Positions 50,701 through 62,590 of a DNA stretch of 64,000 nucleotides are shown here, one piece after another; position 1 is the stretch's first letter; each line of letters begins with the position of its first letter. The stretch comes from Camelus ferus (Eukaryota): the NCBI RefSeq assembly GCF_009834535.1, contig NC_045706.1, positions 41,354,001-41,418,000 of the forward strand. Direction: 5' to 3'. The notes below the pieces were generated by a model that saw only the letters and a program-made list of their open reading frames with translations, did not search any database and was not told the origin of the DNA. Position numbers and translations under genes: made by a program.

Positions 50701-53139
50701 TTTGGATTTCAGCATCTTCATGCCGGGAGGGAAGAGAAGGGGATGTAAAGAGAGAAGTCTCCCCTCCACCCACTGGTGATTAATTGTACTGCCAAGATTG
50801 AAAATCACTGTATTTAACGTGTTACGTACATTAGGTCTGATTTAAATATTTCAAAACATATATTTCTTTCTCATGAAGATTTGAGAAGATATATCTTTTT
50901 AGCAGCTTAGCTTTTTATAATTAGTCCATTTCTCCCGTAAATGGAGTCGAGAGCAATTCTTATAAATTGGGAGGCTCTAGCAGGGTATTGATAGCTGGAT
51001 TTTACTCTAATGCTTTTAATTTCCTTCGTGGTAGTAGGATATGCGTGATCTGGTATACTGGTAGCAGCCTGCTTCTGGCGGTGTTTTTAAGTGGGGAGAT
51101 TCTTTTCTTTATATTTGTGGCTTTAAAGGGGCTCGAGTCCTGAGCTTGGATTTTTCTGATTTTTCTTTTGGTCTCTGCAGTTCTCTCATGCCTCTGCTTC
51201 TGCTTCTTCACTCACCTCGGGAGCACTGACATCAAGATGGTCCTACGTCTTCTCTCCCTGGAGTTTAGAAATGGCATTTGAAAGCAGTAGCACATCCCCT
51301 AAACTAACCCCTGTCTGTCCCTTTTAGGAAATCTGGAGGGAGAAGTGGTTGCGAGCCAGTGGTCTAGACGATAAAAATCAAAGCCCCCAACCTGATTGGA
51401 GTCAAAAGAATCCTAGGAGTGATCTAAAGTGAAATGCGTTGCTGTGTGATTCATGATGATCTAAGACTTTGCATCTGTTTTTCATTTTCTGAAGATTGTT
51501 AAGTTGGTTGCTATTATCGACAGTGTTTAGGTTTAAACAATTAAAATTGAGGTGTAGAGTTACCTCTGTATGCTGTTGTCAGATTTTGCTTATTTGTTGG
51601 CACATGTTCATTCTGCAAAGGTTCTATGGCACAAGTTTACTTTAGATAATCTCTTACATAGTGGAAAATATCTGAAGTCGGTTGGAGGATAACAGAGTAC
51701 TTGATGTAAAATTTCACTTTTACTTGAAAAATTGGATTAAGTATTATTGAATTTATACTAATTTCAAATCTGATACAGTTTGGATTTTAAAAATATGAAA
51801 CTTGTAGTATTCATTTGACTAAAGGTTAAATTTCATAACTGAGATTTGATCCAGTTTTAAAAGATCAAGAAGTCAAGAAAGGAAAAGCATAAAAATTAGA
51901 GTGTAGTTTGAGAAGAAAATTGGGAAAAATAGAGAACTGTATTTTTAACTTCGAGAACTTCCGTATTTTGGAATTTTCAAAAATGGCTATGAATGGGGGA
52001 TACACGGTTGTATCTCTTACGTTCTGAATTCCTGCTCGCTGTGTTTTCACGGTGATGACGTCTGTGTGAGACTCATAGCATCACGCAGTTCTGTCATCTC
52101 AGCATGTGTGTGGAGTGACACCTGTCATCTCATGTACCTGAAGGAAGCATCAGGGACTGTGGAATTAGTAGTCCATACAGGCCGAGATATTGTTGACACA
52201 GTTCATGGAAATATTCTACTAGAAGCATATAAATGTCCCAAAGGCTTGTAAAAAAAAATTAAGATAGTGTTAAAGCAAAAGAAAAAAGAAAAAAAAATTT
52301 TTTCTAAAGTTATCTCTGTAAATTATGCCACCTAAAATAGCTTCTTCAGCAAAAAGATACTCCATTTAATTTTTCTCATTCTGGAAAGTATATTTTTTAT
52401 AGGGATATTCCATTTTAAAAATGCCTGAATGAAATGAACCTTTTAAGAAGGATTTTCGTATGTTTTCCAGTAAGGATAAAGAAGGAAGTTCAATATAAGA
52501 CTTTTAACTAAAACTGGGAATAGTTTTGTTGTCCTTCAGTTCTTACATTAGAAATACAAAACCAGACATCAGCTAAGTCGCCATAGCAATCATCTCTGTT
52601 TTTGAGATGAATAACAGATTTCAGTCTGAATTTTTGGCAAATTCTTGAAAAGTGAAAAAAAAGTTCACCAAAAACATCAGGTGTTTTGACTAGAAATTCA
52701 GTCATTGATTATTTTGCATTATAACTAGAAAGTGTGACATGACCACTGATGACATTCACAGCTTTCTCACTTGGGTTCTTATCCGTGGGAACATAGGAAA
52801 GAACTATTTTGTTGGTTAGACTGCAGTTTCATATGGTTCATGGTAATAAATATATTGTAAATCATCATGATAAAACAAAGAAGAGTTTGTAATGATCTGT
52901 TAAGAAGATGGAAAAAAAAAAAAAAAGAGTTCTGCCTGATGACCTTGTCAGCCTGTGGAAGACTTGTACTAAATGAATTTGATTGCATTTGTTCTCATCT
53001 GCTACTTTTCCAAATATTCAGACTCTTGCAACTGCAGTTGCACAGTGTCTAGAGTGGTGCTGGCTACGTCGCAGGTTCTCAGTCAGTGTTTGTTGAATAA
53101 ATAACGTGCATAATATTTTTATCTGTAAGTTGGTTTTGA

Positions 53140-54135
53140 AAATTCAGTTAAAAGAGCCGTTTCCTTCCCCTCAGCTTCCACACCTTCCTGCCACAGATCT
53201 GTTTCTCCCCCTCCAGTTTGGCCTTTTCCAGGATGTCATTTATGTAGCATCATGCAGTATTTAATCTTTGGCATCTTCTTTTGCTTAATAATAATCTTTC
53301 GAGATGCATCTGGGTTTCTGGGTATATCAGTAGTTTATTGTTTCTGTTCTTAGGAGAAGGAGAAATCTGTGGTGTAGATTTACTACTTTTTTGTTGTTGT
53401 TCACTCACCAGTTCAGAGGCATTTGAATTGTTTACATTGTATGGCCGTTATACATGAAGGTTCTGTAGAATTCACAGATTGGTCTCTGTGTGGCCATACA
53501 TTTTTATGTCTCTTGGGTAAGTGCCTTTGATTGGAGTTGCTGGCTCATAATGGTAAGTGTGTGTTTCACTTTGTCAGAAGCTGCCAAATTGTTTTGTAAA
53601 GTGGCTCTACCATTTTGGATTCCCACCAGCAGCGTGTGAGCATTTCAGTTGTTTCACATCCTTTCCAGCGCTTGGTACTGTCCACCTTTCTAATGTCGGC
53701 CCTTCTGGTGGATACCTTAGTTAATTTCTCATTGTGGATTTATTTACATTTTTCTGATGACCAGTGTTGCTGAGCAGGTTTTCATGTGCTATTATTGGCC
53801 ATTTCTATGGAATCTTTTGTTCAGTGTCTGTTCCACATTTTGCTAATTTTTCATTGGGGCTGTTTATTGAGGAGTAAGAGTTCTGGATGCAGGTCCTTTG
53901 TTGGGTGTATGTTTTGTCAGTATTTTTCCAGTTTGTGCCTTTGTTCTACATTTCAAGCATTTTCATTTTACTCTTTCTATATAGTTTTCATCTCTAGTAA
54001 ACTCACCCCCTCCATATGTACACGGTGATCATTTTTGCAGTCAGATCCTTATCATAGTTGTTACTGTTTTAAATGTCCTGTCTGATGCTTAAAATCTGGG
54101 CCATCTTGGGGTCTGGTTCTGTTGACTATGTCATT
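53140..54135 (-). mobile_element. L1MB/MC fragments (3'UTR, ORF2 end, plus a more 5' piece)
   Basis: ccttttccaggatgtcat, ttggagttgctggctcataatggtaag, gctctaccattttggattcccaccagcagcgtgtgag, ctgggccatcttggggtctggttctgttgact. Confidence 0.8.
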
Positions 54136-54459
54136 TGTTAACAATCATGAAAAAATATAGAATAAAATGGAAATCTTGAATACTCTTATTTTTAGGAAGT
54201 AGTTTTAATTTCTCTGTTCTAGATTTTTTTTCCTTTAAAAATCAGATGTGTTACCAAATATCACAACTTTTGGGGTAGAGGTGCTGCTCCTTTTACTACC
54301 TTCTTGTGGAACAGGTGAAGAAGAGTGAAACTGGATAAAGGCAAGGAAGACAGGGGAGAGGTGGAAGGGAAGAAGGGGGTGTGGGCATCCATCATCAGTT
54401 CCTAAAAGGCCAAATTCACCTTTTAATGTAACTGAAATGTTTAGTTGAGTCTTTATTTT

Positions 54460-54725
54460 GCGAATGAGAGAATAGAGTGTCAGAGGTGACTGGTATTTAT
54501 AAGATCAATATGTAAGATTTATTGCTACTTAATGGCGAAGCCAGGACTGAAAGATGCTCCTGATTCAAAGCTCCATGGTGCTAAACAAGATCTTTGATCT
54601 CTCTAAACTTCCTTGTCAAGTGTCGAAGGAGGAGCATGCCTGCTTTATAAGGCTGTATGGATGAGGTGGAGATCGTGTGTGTGTGTGTTTACGAAGTGTT
54701 GATGTATACCAGGTGCTTGGTAAAC
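54460..54725. mobile_element. Two MIR fragments in opposite orientation
   Basis: + strand gaagccaggactgaaagatgctcctgattcaaagctcc; - strand gctgtatggatgaggtggagat...aagtgttgatgtataccaggtgcttggtaaacg. Confidence 0.5.
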
Positions 54726-56032
54726 GTTTCTTTCCTTGGTTTCATCTTGGCTTACTGTAAATTACTTTTTTTGTGGACATACTAAATAGAAAGTTGGTAG
54801 TAAATGCAGAATTAAATCTTTTATGATCCTTCGTTTTTTTTCCCCCCAACAAAATGCACAGGGTCAGACTGAAAGTAAGACTTCTTTTGGAAGATTCCCT
54901 GAATCATTTCAGCTTCAGAAAATAGAAGTTTTATATCATCTTTAGATGCTCTGATTTCAGTCAGTGCATATTATTGCCTTGGGTCAGGTATGCCAATTTA
55001 TACAAAAAAGCAGTTTTGAAGACTTTTCCTTGCCTTTTCTTCTGTGAATTCCTCTTGTTGTGAGCTTTTGATCTTCACTGAATGACCTTGGAAAAGAAAG
55101 GGAAAAGATCAATAAAGTGTAAATCTTAAACTTTCCCGTCAATTTTTTTTCCCACATGAATTCACAGCATTCTGAATCTCACCTTTAGGTCTGACCCTCA
55201 TTGAAGAAAACCTCAAAAATTTTCTTTGGCACAACAGCCTGCATCCTAGGAATCATTTCTGAGCTTTGCACTACTTTGTTTGCCCTTTTAACGAACACAC
55301 ATTCCAAGGATTGCATTAGTTTAAATGGATGGTGTGTGTAACTCGAAGTTCTCTTACTTGGGAAAACTCAGTTTTATTAGTGACATTGAGTTCTTGTGTT
55401 TGTTTACTACATTTATAGAAAGCGCTTTGCTTTGGGCCAGTTACAGTATGCAAACCAGAGCCCATCAACTTGTAAAACAAGATTTCTTTTCCTTCTCTAA
55501 AACTGGTGGGTGTACCTAGTTCAATAATTTTTCTGATCAGACCAAAGAAGAATTTAAAAACTGAGGACTTGGGACCAGCCTTGTGTTCACGTAGCTATTT
55601 CTTTTTTCTTTAACAGTAGGGTTCCAAGAAGAGATAGTGTCTAGATGTTTACTTGAGGGATTAATAAACCTTTCTTTTGGAGTTTAAAAGGATTGTAAAA
55701 AGTTTTATACAGTAAAAGTCCAAGCTGATAGCGTGAGCAGTTAGGAAAGCTATTTGTCTTAGAATATTCACCAGACTATATGTTAAAAACTTCACTGCTG
55801 ACAGTGAGCAATAAATCATAGTTTCCTAAGCCGTGTTTATGAATATGTAATTAAAATACTTCTGCTACTAAGTGAAAACTCTTTTCTTGTGTAGTATCTA
55901 CAGTAGTGCTTGCCACGTAGTAAGCTCTCTGTAAGGATTGGTTGAGTGAGAGTAGATATTGAGCCTTTTAATTTGTTACTGGTTTTGAAAATACAGTTTA
56001 GTTAAATTTTTTACTTAAAAGGATTATTTGAG

Positions 56033-57426
56033 CTTAGGGCTCAAGGTGTGGCCTGTGGTCTGTTCAAGTCAACATTCTCGCTTAAGTGTCCAGAGAAGAA
56101 CCAAGGTGCAGAAGATGGAAAGAGGTTGGCTCCGTGGGGAAGGACTCTTCCTCTGCCTCATTCTCTACCTGCTGCTCCAAGAAAGAGAGACACTTTCGTT
56201 ATTAGTGACTTAGGTCTTGACCAGCATGGGATAGATCCTGTGGTCCAGCAGTGTTTGACAGAAATGCTTCCATCCATACATCAGCCACAGCATTCCCACT
56301 CATGTCAGCATCTCCTTCACATGATGACATCGTTCCTGTGGCTAAATAGGATCTAGTACAACCCGTTGATGAGGTGGAACCCAGAGGAATGTGGGGGTGT
56401 CAGGAAGTGCAGCATGGCAGCTGAGAACCTGTGGCTTCCAGATACCTTCACTGAGGAGTTTGTGGATGTGGATCAGGTGCCTGCAGGTCTCAGGGCTTGT
56501 GTCAACAGTGAAGGTCCATCAGATACGATAAGCCACTATGGGTGGTCAGCATCTGAAACCTGGACATCTTCTATTTCCCCATTGATGAACAGAGCTTCAC
56601 ACTCACCTTTGGCGCTTTCATCTAAACCAGTGGCCGTCAGGCACAGGTCCAGCTTCTACATGATGAACCTTCTGGTAAACCGGTGGCTTTCTGCTTGTCA
56701 TCAGTGCCTTCAGTTTCTAAGTGCTGGCAGAAGGTGAGAGTCGTGCCCCATTCCAGACGATACTTCTGCAGGACCACGTTATCTTTCTACCCATGATGAA
56801 TGACTTATTCCTGGCCACTGGCACCCCCTCATCAGTGTCTGCTTGGCCCTGTTTATCTCTGATGGTGCAGGTCAGCTTGCTGGAGACCGTGTTCATCACC
56901 TGCTTGTTGTACCTGGCCCCCACCTATGCCTTGGGGGGCCACTCTCTGTTTCTATGTTGCACCAGCCCAAGGAAATGCTGCCCCACTGCACACCAGGAGG
57001 GAAACAAGGGTCTAGGTCTCACCCCCGGCCACCTACCTGCCCTGAAGGTGCCAGGGACCAGAGAGACAGAGTTAAATGGATGCCTTGCATCAACAAGGGC
57101 CGCTAGGAACGTGAGACTCAGAAGCAACACTTGGTAGACCTGTGGGTGCTGTTCAGCCACACAGTAGACACTCTGTCTGCTCTTCCACCTCTACCTGCCC
57201 TTCTTGGCCTCCTCAGTCAGCACCGTCATTATTCTCCAGAACACCTCGGCCGACGCCCATGTGCAAACTCCAGTCCACAGCTTCTCTTGCCCCTGAAGAC
57301 CAGTCAGGCTCTCATGCCCGTCCAGGTCCCAGCCCCACAGCCCTGGCAACCACCTTGTTTTTAACTCACAAATTCCTGCTGTACTTCTTTGGTTGAATTA
57401 TCCCCAGTAAACTCCTTTGCAGGGGG
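56033..57426 (+). pseudogene. HTR3C: Processed (intronless) pseudogene of a 5-HT3 receptor C/E-type subunit (Cys-loop ligand-gated ion channel); former CDS ~56115-57248
   Basis: Successive frames give [125 protein letters not shown] and [16 protein letters not shown], collinear with HTR3C/HTR3E as recalled. Blocks of 67, 110, 169 and 205 nt match recalled exons 1, 4, 5 (170, less a 1 nt deletion) and 7, with no introns. Multiple stops and frameshifts. Decayed polyA signal (cagtaaa ~57405) and a weak TSD (aaaaggattatttga 56017 vs aaaagggggacaatttga 57428). The C versus E parent is not resolved. Confidence 0.93.
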
Positions 57427-58019
57427 AAAAAGGGGGACAATTTGACTTTATTTTTTGAAGATACATTTTTGGTAGAATTTAAGCCCTTAATAATTTTATA
57501 GTTGCTAATGTTTTTTTGTGAAGAAAGATCTAGGAGTTTTAAGTAAAACGCTTGTGTTTGATAGTGTACATTGAGAATATAAACAGTATTCCTAGGGAAA
57601 CTTAAAAAATACGTTAATAAGTAACATAATGTGACATTCAGTATGCCAGTAGTAGTTACATACTTGTTAAATAGGTCCAATGTATGAAACTAAGAAAATA
57701 GTATCCCTCAAAATGTTACATAATTCAGAGTGACCATTATTTTCCCTATATTAGCTGGAACTTTCCCCATTTTCCTCCTGAATTATTGTTTCATTGCTTA
57801 AAGTGCATTAAAATATTTCTGTTTGACTCTTTTTCTGCAAAGTACATATTTTGGGCCCTTGATGATTTCAAGCAGCATAAAATTAGTTTTCTTTGGTGAC
57901 TGAACTGGTTACAAATGCCTTAGTAGTAAACATTCATGGATTCACAATAAAAGGGAAGAGGTGAAGGGAAGGAGGGAGGGAGGGGTGCGCTTGTCTGTAA
58001 TACTGTGAAGTTACAGGTA

Positions 58020-58760
58020 ATGCTTTTAAAGAAATGTGGTTTGGTTACTTAAGGCTTTTCTACCATTTTATTATAAAAAATACAAAAAATTTCAAAGGAT
58101 GATGCAAGGGCTACCATATACCCACTACTTACATTCTGTAACTACTTTTTCCATACTTCCTTCATCACATGTGGATCCATCTGTCCATCTTTCTGTTTAT
58201 TCGTCCATCCATTTTACTTTTTGATGCATTTCCAATGGATGTGCAGACATCAGCACACTTCAGCCCTTCACTGTGCATACCAGCAACTGGCATTTGATAC
58301 GTATTCCTAGTGTTTTGTTGCTGTTAAATTTTGAGTAAGTGTAGCATTCAATATGTTTTGACAAACATACACATCCCAGTAACCCCAAGTCTTAGGAAGA
58401 TATAGACTATGACTTGAAGTTTCCTCCTACCCCTTCCCCCAAACTCCCTTGAGTCTCCTATCCCACCCACTGTGACAGCCACTCTGAGTTTTTTTTTTTT
58501 TAATCAATAACCTTTTTTGTTCTAGAATATTACATAAATTGAGATCTACCATATGTACTGTATGGTGTAAGACTCACTGAGCATAATGTTCTTGGGGTTT
58601 CATCCATATTGTCACGTATATCAGTAATTCGTTCATCTTTATTAATGAGTTGTATTACACTGTATGGAACCCACCAGAGTTTATTTCCTTGTTTATGGAC
58701 ACTGGCTGCTTCCCGTTTTTGATTATTATGAACAAAGCTGCTGAGAACAAGTCATTTACT
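58020..58760 (-). mobile_element. L1MB/MC 3' fragments
   Basis: gatgcatttccaatggatgtgcagacatcagcacacttcagccc; gttttgacaaacatacacatcccagtaacc; tccatattgtcacgtatatcagtaattcgttc. Confidence 0.8.
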
Positions 58761-58786
58761 TGCTGGGTATTTCCATTTGATTAACT

Positions 58787-59400
58787 CGGGGACTTGAAAA
58801 TTAGTGTGCTCAAAATTGAGCTCACCTGAATGTGTCTCTTCTCCGTGAGTCCCTGTGTCAGTGAGTGGCACCACCCTGCGCAGTGCTGCCCGACTCATAA
58901 CCTCGGGTGCCGTTCTCGACTGCCCCCGTCCCTGATCTCTCAGCCATAGTCAGATACAAAGTCCTGCCAGTACTGTCTTCGTGTCTACTCACTTTGCATT
59001 GTGCCATGATCACTATCCTGTTGGAAGTTGTCACCATTTTCCTCTGGGTTGCCAAAATAACCTCCTTACTGGGCTCCTTGCCACCTCTCCGGGTTCTCCA
59101 TTACTTTCTCCAAACTACGGTCAAAGATCTTTGAAAAAATACACATTCGATCACATTATTTTCCTATTAAAACGTCTAGTTGTTTCCCATTGCTCCTAGG
59201 ATAAAAAAGTAAAATCCTTAGTTTGCAAGGCTCTGCATTGATTTGACTCCCGTATCTTCCCTGGTTCTTAAATTTCTAACCACGTTGGGTCTGCACATCC
59301 CACGTGCTTCTCACCTTAGACTTCATCTTCCTCTATCTTGGAATGTCTCTCTGATCAGATCATTCCCACTTACACAGTTGTGTTTTAGTGTCTCCTGTAT
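58787..59400 (+). mobile_element. L2 3' region
   Basis: gtgctcaaaattgagctc...cagtgagtggcaccacc...aacctccttactgggctcc...gatcacatt...ttcccattgctcctaggataaaa. Confidence 0.85.
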
Positions 59401-59419
59401 TAAAAACAGACCCAAACTG

Positions 59420-59790
59420 CCTGTATTATTTGGGATTAGAATTGTCTGTGGAAACGGAAAGTGAAAGCAAAGCACAATGATGGTTGTTTAAGTAAGTTGG
59501 AAGATTATTTCTCCTGAAAGGATTCTGCGTGTACAGTTTCCCACTCCGAGACTGTGGCCCTTGTCTTCATAATCCAGATTGGAACTTCAGACGTTGTGGT
59601 CCAATCAGCAGGATGGAAGAAAGGACATGAGACAGTCACTATTTGGATGGTGAGACTTCCTGGAGCTGGCTAACACTTCCCTGGGCAGAACGTAGTTACC
59701 TGACCACACCTGTTTTCAAGGAAGGCTGAGTACTTATGTTAGGTCCATATTCCCAGGTAAAAACTGGAGATTCTAACTGGGAGAAAGTCA
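59420..59790 (-). mobile_element. MLT1J/K-like LTR
   Basis: tgtattatttgggattagaattgtctgtgg...ttccctgggcagaacgtagttacctgaccacacctgttttcaaggaaggctgag. Confidence 0.65.
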
Positions 59791-60249
59791 ACATTGGGGT
59801 AGGCTGTTTGCAACTGCCAGACTTCCCTTAACCTCACATTCCCCTCCAGCACTGTCTTGTTTTTTCTGCTGCTTTTTATAATCAAAACTTGAAAGAGTTG
59901 TCGACTAATGATAATTCTCCTTTTTCAAACCCCCTTCTCAATTCTCAAGTCACACCAACTCCTGTGCTCGTTTTCCACTAAGTTGATTATGTCAAGGTTA
60001 CCCTGACCTTGGTGTTTCAGAAATCCAAAGAGTACTTAAAAGTCTTCATCCGATTTGATTTCTCAGTAGCTTTCAGTTCTTTTCTTTTTCCCTTCAGGGA
60101 CGCTCCTGTGTGCAGATCAGCCTTGAGTTTTTCATTCATTTTCTGTGACTTCATCTGCCACTATTCTGGAAGCTCATTACCTCTTATTTTTCAGCCTCTC
60201 CTATTCTGCCCATTGTCTGAATGCTGGAGTTTCTCAAGGTTTAGGTGTT

Positions 60250-60490
60250 TTTCGTTTGTTTGTTTGTTTGTTTAATTGTAGTAGCAGACACATAGCATAA
60301 AATTTACCGTAAAACTTCAGCCATGTTTAAGTGGCATTAAGTATATTCACATTGTTATGCAACCATCACCACCATCTACATGCAGTACTTTTCCAGCTTC
60401 TCAAAGTAAGACTCCATAACCATGAAATAATACCTGCCCATTTCCTGTACCCCCAGTTCCTTCCAGCTGCCATTCTGCTTTGTCTCTTCT
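60250..60490 (-). mobile_element. L1MA/MB 3' end
   Basis: (tttg)n tail, then cataaaatttacc...gtggcattaagtatattcacattgttatgcaaccatcaccacc. Confidence 0.85.
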
Positions 60491-61233
60491 TGGTGTCCTC
60501 CCTATGCGAGAGCCTCAGTTTCCATGACCTTAAATGTCACCTATCCAATTCCAAATTTATGTTTTCAATTAGATTTTTTCCCCCTTTGATCACTAGATTC
60601 TTAAAACTTTAGCTTGATATTTCCACTTGGATGGAAATCTACTTCAGTGGCTCATAGACTTTAAAAATACAACTTATCTAAAACTTAACTCTTAACTTCC
60701 TCAGTCTCATTGCTTCTTCTCCTTTCTTCATTGATGGCACCAGCTATCCAGTTATTTAAACCAGAGATGTGGTTGATAACTTAATAACTTCCTTTCCTTC
60801 CCACCTCCCCAATCAAATCAGTCAGTAGTCTTGTGCGTTCTGCCCTCAGTACATGTGGATTTGATTGACTTTTCTTCGTTCTGCCATCCTAACCCTTCTC
60901 CATGCTCCTGTCATCTCTTGCCCGGCAACTGCAGTGTCCTCCTAACTCATCTGTCTACTGCCAGTCCTGCCCCCTTCAGCGTGTTCTTTAAAACACAGAT
61001 TCAGTCATGTTCCTCCAAAACTTGGAACCCTTCATTGCCTTCCTAGTGCTCTGAGAATAAGATCCACTCTTTCTCATGACTTTCCAGGCTTTGTATGAAG
61101 TTGACCCTTCTCTCTGCATCTCATCTGTTGCCACTTTCTCCTTCCTTTCTGGTCTTTCAATTCCTTTAACACCGAGTTCCCTCCTGCTTCAGGGCTTTTG
61201 TGCTGCATTGTACTCTCTGTCTGAGATGTCCTT

Positions 61234-61238
<5 letters not shown>

Positions 61239-61271
<33 letters not shown>

Positions 61272-61929
61272 ATTTTATTGAATTATAGTCAGTTTACAAT
61301 GTTGTGTCAATTTCCAGTGTAGAGCACAATTTTTCAGTTATACATGAACACATATATATTCATTGTCGCATTCTTTTTCACTATGAGGTACCACCAGATC
61401 TTGTATATATTTCCCTGTGCTGTACAGTATAATCTTGTTTATCTATTCTACATATGCCTGTCAGTATCTACAAATTTTGAACTCCCAGTCTGTCCCTTAC
61501 CACCCCCCTCCCCACTGGCAACCGCAAGTTTGTATTCTATGTCTATGAGTCTGTTTCTGTTTTGTATTTATGTTCTTTTTTTTTTTCTCTTTTTAGATTC
61601 CACATATGAGCGATGTCATATGGTGTTTTTCTTTCTCTTTCTGGCTTCACTTAGAATGACATTCTCCAGGGACATCCATGTTGCTGCAANNNNNNNNNNN
61701 NNNNNNNNNNNNNNNNNNNNNNNNNNNNNNNNNNNNNNNNNNNNNNNNNNNNNNNNNNNNNNNNNNNNNNNNNNNNNNNNNNNNNNNNNNNNNNNNNNNN
61801 NNNNNNNNNNNNNNNNNNNNNNNNNNNNNNNNNNNNNNNNNNNNNNTTTTGAAGTAGGGTTCCTTCTGGATATATGCCCAGGAGAGGGATTCCTGGGTCA
61901 TATGGTAAGTCTATTCCTAGTCTTTTGAG
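61239..61929 (-). mobile_element. Young, 5'-truncated camelid-type LINE-1 with a (CA)15 tail
   Basis: Reverse complement closely matches the L1 3'UTR at 11091-11480; N block at 61690-61846. (GT)15 at 61239-61268 sits where the T tail should be. Probable TSD ctttatat at 61231-61238 and 61930-61937. Confidence 0.93.
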
Positions 61930-62399
61930 CTTTATATATTCTTAACTTCCTTCAAGTCTTGGCTTAAATGACCCTTCGTTGGAGAGATAGTCCCACTCAG
62001 TGTAAAGTACACACCCTGTTATTGTTCTGATTCAGAGCATCCTGTTCTTTTTTAACCCCTCTCCCACTTTAAAAAATGATTTCTTCCCCTCCTTTCTCCA
62101 TTTCCTGAAGTAGACTTATTTTGTTAAAAAATTTGTTCATTTCCCACAGTAAATTGTAAATGTGACCAGGGACTGTTTAAATTCTATTCACTATAGTATA
62201 CCTAATGTTTCACACGATGACTGGCACATGTTTGGCGTGTAGTAAATATTTGTACGTGAATGAAAGCTGATCCTTCTCCCTGGCATGATTCATGTTACCC
62301 CCTTTGATGTAGCCATGCTCCATACCGTGGCTTACTTTTTCAAGGTAGCTTTCCCTGTTACAGACTACGTGACATCCCTTTTTTAGGTGGTATCATTGC

Positions 62400-62590
62400 A
62401 ACTTCTAGATTTCTTTCATGAAAGGTCTTGTTCTGTGTAATTATACATTGGTAAGGGTTGTTTGGTTGGTTGTTTTCCTGACTATACGCTCAGCCTCGTG
62501 AGAGCAGTGGCTGGACCTGTGTTTGCCTGCCATTGTCGTCCCATCAGTTGAGGATAGAGTCCCACACTCATCTTGTGTTGTAAATGAATT
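62400..62590 (+). mobile_element. L2 3' fragment
   Basis: gactatacgctcagcctcgtgagagcagtggctggacctgtg...cacactcatcttgtgttgtaaatgaat. Confidence 0.45.

Larger units (their letters stand above)
59820..62262 (+). mobile_element. Long L2 element interrupted by L1MB (60250-60490) and a young L1 (61239-61929)
   Basis: L2 motifs are collinear across the insertions (gatttctcagtagctttca, cttgatatttccacttggatg, cagattcagtcatg, ctggcacatg...gtaaatatttgtacgtgaatgaa). Confidence 0.8.

Noticed and set aside
56200-57100. First read as an ERVL/MaLR internal or CR1 fragment on the minus strand
   Set aside because: The plus-strand translation is collinear with 5-HT3 subunits, with exon-sized blocks.
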